Shown piece by piece: positions 51,291-62,858 of a stretch of 64,000 bases of DNA. Under the pieces are notes generated by a model. It was not told where the DNA came from, did no database searches, and was given only the letters and a program-made list of their open reading frames with translations. A program made the position numbers and the translations under genes. This DNA comes from Catajapyx aquilonaris (lineage: Eukaryota). The stretch spans positions 62,001 to 126,000 of the forward strand of contig KZ538627.1 of assembly GCA_000934665.2 (NCBI GenBank), written 5' to 3'. Position 1 is the first letter of the stretch, and the number at the start of each line of letters is the position of its first letter.

Positions 51291-53034
51291 CTTCAGTTAT
51301 GACGTAGGTATATCACAAGTTCTATCCCCAAAAAATTAAATGACAATACATCCAAAATTGAATGCAATAACTTATAAAACTTAGTTCAGTTTTTTTCTTT
51401 AAATATCTTTAAGCAGCTTTAAGTACTCTACCATTTACCTAATGAAGGGAAATCTTATGCAGTATATAAGGCAAAGTTTGTCGGTTGGTCCCATTTCCCT
51501 ACTACCGACCCTTTTCCTCTTCTGCCCAAACGGGATTCTTCAATTCCAGTGCGATGAACGGGTATCCTGCTACAAGTAGTAACTGTTATAAAACCAAGTA
51601 CGCTTCTTGCTTAAATAACCGCTACTTTTCAACCCCTTCCCCCCCCCTTGAAAACGAGTCAAAAAAATCCGCTTCCAGTTCCCTAGCAATTTATTCGTCT
51701 CTCTGAAACTCTCTTAGAGAGAGAGAAAAAAAGGGAAGCAGACAAATGAAGACACGCTTGGTTTTAGGAAGCGATCTTTTGCGTTTCCCTTATTCTCTCG
51801 TGTCCCAGCCTCGCCAGCTAACGGGATAATTGTCCTTGCTAACATGCGCCCTGAGGAAGAGGGTTGGGACAACCAGTGTATATAGTATGCAAGAACGACG
51901 AAATTGCAGAGGGTCCTCCCCCAGCTCATTTCAATCCCTGCTGGGTTTTTGGGAGGGATGGAGAAAAAAAAAACCCGGATCTTTCCTTTTCCTCTAGACA
52001 AGCGAGTGAGTTTGGCGACTGGTTGTAGTAAAAAACACTTCTCATTTTCCCAGGGTCGTCTGGGAGCCCAGGAGGCTACGGTTTAAGTAGTCTCCATTCG
52101 TCTTAAAGCGTTTGTTTGTACGTCCCACTGCAGATACGGTGTTTTTGCTAACTACAGGCTGTTACTTGCACCTGTCATAACTAACACGCGTCCTATAATT
52201 GAGACCCCCAAAATAATCCAAAATTTGGAGGCGACAGCAGGGTGGGAAAACCGTTGTTCCCACGTGACTGCCAAACATTAAGGGTGGTTTCCCCCCAGAC
52301 TGTGTGGACCTAAACTTTGGTGAGTCCCAAGGCAAATGATTATGAAAAGCCCTCTTCCTTCTTTTCCTCCTTCAAAAACCCTCCCCCACGTCAGCCTGAG
52401 GGCAACAGCAGCTATTCTTCCTTGCCATCTCCCACCCACCCCCCACCCATTCTTTCGATTATGCTTATAGTCTGAGGAGAGTAGGCGGAGAATGGCTGGA
52501 GAAAAGAGATATCCGGGGCCTTACCCCCTCAAGGCACTTCCTACCCCTCAAAACAGGAGGATGATATTTCGCTACAATACCCCCCTATATATATACACAC
52601 ACACATTGCACCTTTTAGGTATGAGGCGGGGGAAGGAAATGGAGGCAATTTGGACACCCCCCTCCTTCCTCCCCACTTCATCTCTCCAAAAAAAAAAAAT
52701 AATAATAATAACGCAAAAAAAAATTTGAAACCCGCTTTTGTTCTACCGCAGTATCATGTTTCCATCCGGATAAGCATTGCGCTTCAACAATAGGTTGCAA
52801 TAATAAACACGGCTGCAAAACGCACATCTTGTGGTGAAGGAGCGTGGATATATTTACAGGGTGGTGCACTGCTCCAATGCGTGGTGAGGAGAAGTCATGT
52901 ATGTTCTGGTTAGGTTAGGTCAGGTTAGGTTCGGTGCTGAGCGTAAAGGTGAACGTGACTTTCATCACCAAAAGCCATTTCCAGCTTGGTGTTGCCAGAT
53001 TAAAAGGTTGTTATGTGCAGACGCTGTCGAACAT

Positions 53035-54100
53035 GAGCGTAGACGTAGACGTAGACGTAGACGTAGACGTAGACGTAGACGTAGACGTGGAGGTGAATGT
53101 AAACGTAAACATGGCCGTAGACTTGAACGTGAACGCAAACATGAATGTCAATGCACACGTAGACGTATACGTTAACGTAGTCATCTGCTGTAAACGTAAA
53201 CGTATACATTAACGTAGTCATCTGCTATATACGTAAACGTATACGTTAACGTAGTCATCTGCTATATACGTAAACGTATACGTTAACGTAGTCATCTGCT
53301 GTAAACGTAAACGTATACATTAACGTAGTCATCTGCTATATACGTAAACGTATACGTTAACGTAGTCATCTGCTATATACGTAAACGTATACGTTAACGT
53401 AGTCATCTGCTACAGACGTAAACGTATACGTTAACGTAGTCATCTGCTATACAGGTGTATACGTTAACGTAGTCATCTGCTATAGACGTATACGTTAACG
53501 TAGTCATCTGCTGTAGACGTAAACGTATACGTTAACGTAGTCATCTGCTGTAAACGTAAACGTATACATTAACGTAGTCATCTGCTATATACGTAAACGT
53601 ATACGTTAACGTAGTCATCTGCTATATACGTAAACGTATACGTTAACGTAGTCATCTGCTATACAGATGTATACGTTAACGTAGTCATCTGCTATAGACG
53701 TATACGTTAACGTAGTCATCTGCTATAGACGTATACGTTAACGTAGTCATCTGCTATAGACGTATACGTTAACGTAGTCATCTGCTATAGACGTATACGT
53801 TAAAGTAGTCATCTGCTGTAAACGTACATGTATGTATAGTCGTAGACGTAGACGTTAACGTAATCATCTGCTGTAAACGTAGGCGTATACATTGACGTAG
53901 TCGTCTGCTGTAAACGTAGACGTAGGCGTAGGCGTAGGCTTCTTAAATGTAAACGTAGACGTCGAGGTGGACGTGAAAGTAAACGTGGACGTGAACTCAA
54001 GCGTGAATATGAATGCAGATGGAGACGTAAATTATATACACGTAGATGTATGCACACGTGTACGTTAAAGTAGACGTAAACGTAGACGTAAACGTAAACC
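53035..54100. repeat. GTAGAC/GTAAAC-family satellite with a 30-37-bp higher-order array
   Basis: (gtagac)n followed by cgttaacgtagtcatctgctatatacgtaaacgtata units. Confidence 0.95.
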
Positions 54101-55064
54101 TTGAATGTTCCAGTTGGTTGCTGAAACGAACGATATTCTTCCCTTGGACTTGGGCATTGTACCACCCTGTATATTGTTTTAATGCGTGCCCGACATTTTA
54201 CGCGGCCCATTACTTCCCCTGCAAGCCCTTTTCAGACAAAGTATATGTACCAAATAAAACAATAGCAAAGCACTACTAAAAGCAAGTCAAAAAAAGAGGC
54301 CTAATGGCTGCCCTAATTTTTGTTGCAGAAAAAGATAACATGGTTTTGTTGTTGCCCCCATCTTGCCCTCCCCTAAGGATTTTCCTTTTCGCAAAAAAAA
54401 AAAAAAAAACTCGGTTCTTGTAAAGTCTAGTTTTTATCAGTTAGTAATTGTGAAGGATCCTGGAGTCCCCAGACCCACCCGGAACATTCCCGCGAGTGCT
54501 GTTCTCTGTCGTGTAACCGAACACACTTATCACTTTTGACGCCGGGTATCCTTATCAGACCACCCGAACCCCTCAAATGAGTTATGGCGTATTACCGCCA
54601 GCAATGAGCCTTTTGCTTAGCTGCCAAGAGTGAAGAGAAGAAGGTCTAAGTCCCAGGACCACACTGTGGCCATCAACCTGTCCTAGTCGCCGAGTAACTT
54701 TTTTTTTGTAGAGGACAGGGTCTTCCTGGTTGTAGATAAAAGTCTGCGTGATTTATGTGTCATCCTTGGTACATGGGGGTTTTTTTTGGAGGGGGGGGGG
54801 CGTCGAAAAGAGCCTATCTTGGGCATTGGGCCGTCTCTTGACGTGCATTGTGTTTCGGTGTGTGAGGTTTTGTATCGGGCCGTGACAATGGAGGGGGTTT
54901 GATTGTGGCTTAACCTGTACTAGTAAAAGGACTCACATGAATATTGGTTGTGGATATGCTAAACTGGCAAATATAGGCAGGTACAGGCAAGTACGGATAA
55001 GTATTTCCATCTCAGAGAGTTGACTAATCAGCAAAAAAAAAAATCTTTCATATAGACATAGTCG

Positions 55065-55770
55065 CGTAGGCGTAGAGGTGAATGTGAACGTAAACGTGGA
55101 CGCAAACATCAATGTGAATGCAGACGTAAACGTAACCGTAGAGGTGAACGTCAACGAGGACGTGAACGAAACATCAATGTGAATGAAGACGTAAACGTAA
55201 ACGTAACCGTAGACATAAAGGTGAACGTGAACGTAAACGTAACCGTAGACGTAAAAGTGAACTTGAACATAATAAACGTAACCGTAGACATAAAGGTGAA
55301 CGTGAACGTAACCGTAACGGTAGACGTAACCGTAGACATAGAGGTGAACGTAAATGTAAACGTGAACGCAAACATTAAAGTGGATGCAGACGTAGACGTA
55401 GACGTAACCGCATACTTAGGCGTAGACGTAACCGTAGACGTAGAGGTGAATGTGAACGTAAACGTAAACGTGAACGTGAACTCAAATATGAATGCTGTGA
55501 ATGCAGACGTAGACGTAGACGTAACCGCATATTTAGGCGTAGACGTAAACGCAAACGTAACCGTAGACGTAGAGGTGAATGTGAACGTGAACGTAAACGT
55601 GAACGTAAACGTGAACTCAAATATGAATGTGAATGCAGACGTAGACATCGTTTGTAGACGTAAACGTAGAGGTCAATGTGAACGTAAACGTAGAGGTCAA
55701 TGTGAACGTAAACGTGAACGTGAACGTGATGCAGACGTAGCAGTAGACGTAGAGGTGAATGTGAATGCAA
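55065..55770. repeat. GTAGAC/GTAAAC/GTGAAC hexamer satellite
   Basis: Degenerate hexamer array that produces spurious VNVDV ORFs. Confidence 0.93.
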
Positions 55771-58179
55771 AGGCAGACTTACATTCAATTTCAAATTTTG
55801 ACACAACATTAGTTAGTTGTAATAATTGCTTTCCGTTTTATTATAATTGCAATTAACTTTTAAAATGGTTGAAATTGGTTTGATGGCACACAGGTGTTTG
55901 ATGCATGATTTCCCTGCGGAATAAAATGGCCGGGACCCTAAATATGATTTATATTTAATTACAATTCCGGGTTTATTAAACTAACTATTTTAACTTGATT
56001 ACAGGCTGACCCACATGACGCCCGCAATTGAGGTTAAACATTTTAATCTCCGGAACATTGAAGCCCCCCGTTTCATGCCGGGGGTTTAAGCCAAGCTTCA
56101 TCCTGGCTTATCAAGGCAACCCAAACGCCTCTCTGGTGCAACGGATTGCCTACAAACCAGGCGTTAATGTGGTTTTCAACCGGTTTGTTTAAATGGAAGA
56201 GGCCGTGAATAGCCTGCGACAAAAAAAAGACACACGAATCAGATTGTGGCAAATATCGCGAATTCAGTGGCCATCACATGCTGTGCGAATTTATCACGCT
56301 TTTTTATTGCGCGCCAATAGTTTCATTTTTTTTTTAATTTCCAATGCTCTGTACTGATGACGTATCACGTATATCGAATTATTTCGCACGTTTTTTTTTT
56401 TGCAAAATTGCATTTTTAAAAAGGACGGAGTGGACTGGATTTTTTCATAATCCGGATAATTATCCGGGGCTAAACTCCCGCTACAGGCCGCTTCAATTGC
56501 CATTTTTTTGAAAAAAAATTAATAAAATGACCTTTTGAGTGACCATTACCAGATTGAACAAAAGTGTCGCCACGCTTTGAACTTTTTGAGGATAATCTGT
56601 TTGTACAGGGTGTCACATATATGATCTGCAGGTAATCTTATCCTTAGTTAATAACATTAGCAAAGAATTTCACATAAATAAAATATGCATGAGTATATTA
56701 AGCGCATAAAATGAATGAAATAAAAAATAGGTGCATAAGTACATAAAAATAAAAGCTTAAAAATAATATGCAAATAAAAGTATTTATAAGCAAACCAAAC
56801 AAATAAGTAAGTCCAGCAATTAGTAAATTAGTAAATAAATATGCAAGAATATACCAAATAAAAATAATAAATAAATATGATAAATAAAAAATGAAGTTAT
56901 TATAAATTAATTAAGGTAATGTAATAAATAATAATGTAAATCATAAATAAATAAATAAAACACGTACAAATAAACACAAATATACCGTAAATATAAATAT
57001 TATAATTATAAATATAAATCATTGTAAACAAATAAATTACAAATAATTATAAATCATTATTAACCAATAAATTACAAATAATTATAAATAATTATTAACC
57101 AATAAAATACGCATAATTATAAATAATTATTAACCAATAAAATGTGCATAATTATAAATAATTATTAACCAATAAAATACGCATAATTATGAATAATTTT
57201 AAACAAATGAAATGAAATATAAATTAATTTACGAATTATAATTGACGATTAAACCCAAAATAAATATAAATTAATATAAGTTAATATATGAATTAAAAGA
57301 AATTATTAAAACGAAAATAATCACTATAAATAATTAAAATTAATAAAGTCGCTCAAAAATATTGCGGCTACTGAGTTTCTCTTGTGGATTCTAAAATCGC
57401 TTGACTTTTTGAGCGATATAGTGCCCGCATCCAAAATAAACCATGGCGCAAATCCTTCTTTGTGAATCGGGGCAGCAAAGTGACTCTCACTCCGGCTCCC
57501 AGGTGGCGTGTCCTGTCAGGTGTTTGGAGGTTTGCGAAGATGAACGTGGCTGGCACCTGTGGAGAGGCCTCCGGATTTGTCTTCTTGATACCTCAATCGG
57601 CGGTGGGGAGGCAGGTGTGAGGAGGGTAGTAGGGGGAAAAGGGGGGTGTGCGACTTCCCTGTGACATCCTATTACATTCCACCCCCACCACCCCTCCAAC
57701 CTCCCTCAGCAAGCAGGCTTAGAGGAGCAGGCAGCAACACCAAAGTTAGTCGCCCCAAAGGAAAGAAAAGAATTTATCAGCATCGGACTCTCAAAGTCCT
57801 CCGGGGAGTCTGGGGGTACGGGAACCGGGAAAGAGGGGAGAAGAAAAACCTATAAATCCCTATCAATGAGAAGAAACCTTCCCCAAATAAAAAAAGGAAG
57901 GGGGGGGGGGGAGATAAGAACGTGGTCCAAAATTACGAGACGTTTACAGCGCTGGCCCATCTAAACGGCTGCAATACACTCTCGCTCTGCATTTGTCTTC
58001 AGTTGGAAGGTCCTTCTTCCTAATTATGCCCGACTTTGCGGTATGGGTACCAAGAACTGGACTTGAGGGCACGAAATCGCTGGAGACTGCAGATCGTGGG
58101 TGTAAATCGCAACATACTGTTTAGTCGCAGCGACTGTCGTTCACAGCTACAATAAATCGCTCATATAGACCGCGCTTAT

Positions 58180-58600
58180 ATGTTATGCCATCTTAATGTT
58201 TAAGAGCTATTTCCGCCACTTCTATTGGACATTAACACCTCAAATTTTCAGAGAGAGTTTTCATGCCCATTATCTTTCCTTTCGCACCAAATTCGCGCGC
58301 AAAAATGCAGATCGATGTTATGCCACCAATTGTTATCTACATGTTTTAGAGAGCGATTTATGCCAGTTCTACTAGACATTAACGCTTGACATTTTCAGAG
58401 CTAGTTCTGATTCCAATTACCTTTCCTTTCGCACCAAATTTGCTCGCAAATATCAGCATCGATGTTATGCCACCACAGGTTATCTACATTGTTTGACAGC
58501 GATTTATGCCACTTCTATTGGACATTAACTTATGAAATTTTCAGAGCTAGTTCTCACACGCTTGTCCTTTCCTTTCGCACCAAAATTCGCTCGCAAAAAA
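58180..58600. repeat. Three diverged tandem copies of a unit of about 140 bp
   Basis: tgttatgcca..ttcta.t.gacattaac..ttttcagag..tttcctttcgcaccaaa three times. Confidence 0.88.
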
Positions 58601-59539
58601 AGAGGACTCGTCCGAATATCGCGGCCAAAAAAAACAATCCTGGTTCTTTCCTTTCACGCTTTACGATCCTGATCCAGCCAAGCGAGAGGGACGGGATAAG
58701 ACAGCATCTGCGACGAAGGAATTTATCGCGCATTCATTCGCAGGCAGTTTCCAGGCCCAATCTATGACCAGAAAAGCATCAGAGCCTCTCCCTCCCCCCC
58801 TCTCTCTCAGTTTTCTTTTACTTCAATTGTTGGAGACTGCGCATGAATCAAAGCATGGGCATAATTATGTCAGGCTTTCCCCCTCCTTTTAATGTAGGCC
58901 TATTAGCTCTGTTCAGAAACAGCTGTTTAGAAACTAGGGTGGCATTATGCCAATTGGAGGAAATGGGTGGGTGGGGAAGAGAGAGGGAGGGGGGGTGGAG
59001 CCAGAGCTAGAGAAAAGGCTATAATGGCTTGCATATTGATCGAACTACAGCATCGGAAGCTTCATTTCTAGAAAACGTTGGAGGCAAAGAGCTTCCAACT
59101 TTGCGCCAAAAAAAAAAAAATGCGCTGTATACTTTTCAATTTGCTGAAAAACTTGGAGAAGAGGAAATGGTTCATAAAACTCATTATTTTCACGACGAGA
59201 AACATTGGCAAGTCTGATTGTCGACTGCCCGCAAGGAATTTGCGCAAAAGAAAATATTCGCAACTGTCGTGCATTGATCGTATTTACAACAGTAAAGCAG
59301 ATCCTGTTACACCAACACCAGAAACTTTTTTTTAAAAAAAAGCCAGAAGTGTAGATTGTTCAGTGTTGTCAACAATACTATTAACAATATATTGATATTA
59401 GAACTCCTTGTACTTACGGACCGTTGAGAAAAACTGCCAGTTAGTTTTGTTAGGTCAGGTTGCACCGCCTCCAGTAAATGTTTTACTGCCGGAAAACGTC
59501 CAGAAAAGTTTTTAATTCTATTTTTTGGTTGTCTTCCGA

Positions 59540-59940
59540 CTAGCGAGAAGAGAAAACGAGGATCAAAAGCGAGACGATGAAGCGACAACGAGAAGGGAAA
59601 GCGAGAATTGAAAGCTAGAAGAGAAAGCGAGAATTGAAAGCTAGAAGAGAAAGCAAGAACGAGAAGCGAAAGCAAGAATTGAGAACGATAAGGGAAATCA
59701 AGAATTGAGAACGAGAAGGGAAAGCGAGAATTTAAAGCGAGAAGAGAAAGCGAGAACGAGAAGGGAAATAGAGAAATCAAGAAGCGAAAGCAGGCAGCAA
59801 GAATCACAAGGTGAGGAAAAAAGTGAGAAGAGGAAGTGAGAACGAGAAGGGAAAGCGAGAATTGAATGCGAGAAGAGATAGCTAGAAGCGAATGCGAGAA
59901 GAGATAGCTAGAAGCGAATGCGTGAAGGAAAAGCGAGAAC
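59540..59940. repeat. Purine-rich GCGAGAA island
   Basis: Recurring aagcgagaa and gagaacgagaagggaaagcgagaatt. Confidence 0.85.
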
Positions 59941-60486
59941 CGAGCCTTGAAACCACACGTATACCAGACGAATATGACGCACGACATACTTTCTGCCTCT
60001 GGCAACACTGCATAACGATTTTACAGAACACCCTGTATCCAGCCAATGCCACAAAAGAAAATAATCATTTTAATGCACCCTTTCATTTTGGCGAGAGTGC
60101 CATTTGCGATTTTTTTTTCTGTCGCTGGGAATGACTCCGACACGCGTTAACACCTCCGATTGCCATCGACACTTCGGAGCGCGTATGTGTTTTTTTGTGG
60201 GGGGTGACAATGTTGCAAGTGCGTGAGGGGCTTGTAACGGCTTTTTTGAAGTGTCATCGGGGCCGTCGCTTACACGTGTGGCATCGTCACAACCCGGCTT
60301 TCCAAACACCCGATTTTTGAAACCGGTTGCAGGACTAATAACAAACCGAAATAGTCCGATCCGAATATATTGGCCTCTCCACATGGGTAAGGCGCACAGA
60401 TACGCTGCGCGCCATTGCGCTGGATGGAAACAGGCCTTCCCATTGGCTCCTGCCAGTAACAACAAGTGAACCTTCACGGTCACATG

Positions 60487-61490
60487 AACGTCAACGTAAA
60501 CGTAAACGTGATTTTCTTCACCAAAAGCCATATCCAGCTTCGTCATGCTACAGTAGACTGAACTGATGCTGTAGAACATAAACGTAGACGTTGAAGTAGA
60601 GGTGAATGTGAACGTTGAAGTTGACATTGACGTAGAGGTGAATGTGAACGTTGAAGTTGAAGTTGACATTGACGTAGAGGTGAATGTGAACGTTGAAGTT
60701 GAAGTTGACATTGACGTAGAGGTGAATGTGAACGTTGAAGTTGACATTGACGTAGAGGTGAATGTGAACGTTGAAGTTGACATTGACGTAGAGGTGAATG
60801 TGAACGTTGAAGTTGACATTGACGTAGAGGTGAATGTGAAAGTAGACGTTGGCGTAGAGGTGAATGAGAACGTTGACGTAGACGTTGGCATAGAGGTGAA
60901 TGAGAACGTTGACGTAGACGTTGGCATAGAGGTGAATGTGAATGCAGACGTAAACGTAAAGGTAAACGTTGACTACGTAGATGACCGCGAACGTTGACTC
61001 TGACGTAAATGTAGGCGCAAATGTAGAGTTGAAAGTAAACAAAAACGTGAATGTAGACGTAAACGTAAACGTTGACGTTGACTAAATGTGAATGTGAACG
61101 TAGACGTTAACCCTGTAATGCCCCTTGGGTCATATCTGGCACACCATTTACTGCAATTATTTGGCACACTTCAGAAAATATAAAAATTGCAAAAGTTGCA
61201 AAAATTACACTCAATGGTGTGCCAGATATGACCCAGTGGGAATTACTTAGATTAGTGGCATTACAGGGTTAACGTATAAACTACGCGAATGTAAACGTAG
61301 ACGTTAACGTATAAACTACGTGAATGTAAACGTAGACGTTAACGTATAAACTACGTGAATGTGAACGTAGACGTTAACGTAATATAAACTATAGGGCCTA
61401 CGTGGATGTGAACGTAAACATAGACGTGAAAGCAAGCACGAATGTGAATTCAGACAATGTAGACCTAAACGTCAACGTCAACATCAACGT
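60487..61490. repeat. GTAGAC-family satellite with 36/42-bp units
   Basis: gtagaggtgaatgtgaacgttgaagttgacattgac repeats; contains the piggyBac-like MITE. Confidence 0.93.
61111..61268. mobile_element. piggyBac-like MITE
   Basis: TTAA-ccctgtaatgcc...ggcattacaggg-TTAA plus a 23-bp subterminal inverted repeat tgggtcatatctggcacaccatt; the neighbouring satellite units show the empty site gtagacgTTAAcgtataaac. Confidence 0.9.
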
Positions 61491-62470
61491 AAGCATGACT
61501 GTTCTGTCCATAAGCCATTTCCATCTTTCTGATATTGAACTGTTCTTAGAAAGATGGAAATGGCTTCTGGTGAAGGGAATCAGGTTCACGTTTATGTTTA
61601 CGTTCACGTTTAACGGTCTAAACACCTGAGATTGCACTGTTCTTAGGCGTAAACGAAACGTGAACCTGATTCCCTTCACCAAAAGCCATATCCAGCTTGG
61701 TCTATCCCAGAAGAAACCAATCGCCCTACTCCGTTCTGTACCATAATGGCAACAGGCAATGTTGGCAAGCAGCGCCACCAGTGAGGGAACAGTCGAACGA
61801 AGAAAATCAGTTTGGCAGTTGAGTGAAGCAGGCAGTGGGTGCCAACCACCATCCCAGGGAGGCCATGGAACAAAAGGGCGGGCTGTGATTCAGACGCGAC
61901 CATGGGGAGGGAGAAGCCCCATTTGCCCCGGAAGCCCCGTCATTTGCTGGCGATTTGCGGATGGCCCGGTCCCCCGCAATATTTATGATGGCTGCCGCTG
62001 CCTTATCTAGGGAAAGGGGGGGGGGAGAAACCCTGGCAGCAGCAACCCCCCCTCTCACAGCATGAGCCTATCAAAGCCAGGCTGCTTCATTTGCTCTCTG
62101 CTGGTAAGGTATCTATACACTCTTGGTAGATAGACGCAAGGAAGAGCGCGTGTTATCGGGGCTGGACTCAGGCCAACCCTTTGCGATTCACTTCACACCT
62201 GCTGCCCACCTCATTTATCACTTTGCCAGCCTTGTTTCGCCTAGAGCTGCCTGGGAGGGCTAGCCTTTTCATGTCTAACTATTGGCGCAACTTGGGTCAC
62301 GCCGCTTCATTCCGCTGGAGTAGACAAGGCCATCTAGAGGACGAAATGCTGAAGCTGTAGAGCAGACACAAAATAGGCAGAATTTAGCGATACAATTGCA
62401 CACCCACAACAAGATAGGAAAATCACGCGAGCGAGACTTTCTATCATTCTTTCAAGGGTATCCCGACATC

Positions 62471-62858
62471 GGTGTCATACCAATTCGTCAGAAACAAACT
62501 CGTCCGATGCAAATTCGCCCGACGACAACTCGCTCGACGACAACTCGCCCGACGACAACTCGCCCGACGACAACTCGCCCGACGACAACTCGCCCGACGA
62601 AAACTCGCCCCACGAAAACTCGCCCCACGAAAACTCGCCCCACGAAAACTCGCCCGATGTACACAGTCGCCCGACAACTCGCCCGACGACAATTCACCCC
62701 ACGAAAACTCACCCGACGTATATATTCGCCCGAAACTAACTCGCCCGTTTAACTTGCCCATGGGAGAACTACTCGAGTTTGTACCGATATATCGGGCGAG
62801 TTTGTTTCGGGCTAGTTTTCGTGGGATGAGTTTGTTTCGGGCGAAGTGTGATGGAACC
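62471..62858. mobile_element. Mutator/fold-back-like non-autonomous element with 15-bp subterminal tandem repeats
   Basis: The left arm carries (cgacgacaactcgcc)n and the right arm the inverted gggcgagtttgtttc units. The flanking 9-mers cccgacatc / cccaacaac (7 of 9 match) look like a decayed 9-bp TSD. Confidence 0.75.

Noticed and set aside
55151..55856. Long VNVDV / TFTFT ORFs (also 60070-61042 and 52897-53221)
   Set aside because: Translations of a stop-poor hexamer satellite, open in several frames on both strands.
59307..60008. 233-aa minus-strand hydrophobic ORF
   Set aside because: It is the reverse complement of the purine-rich GCGAGAA island, with low complexity and no domain or splice support.
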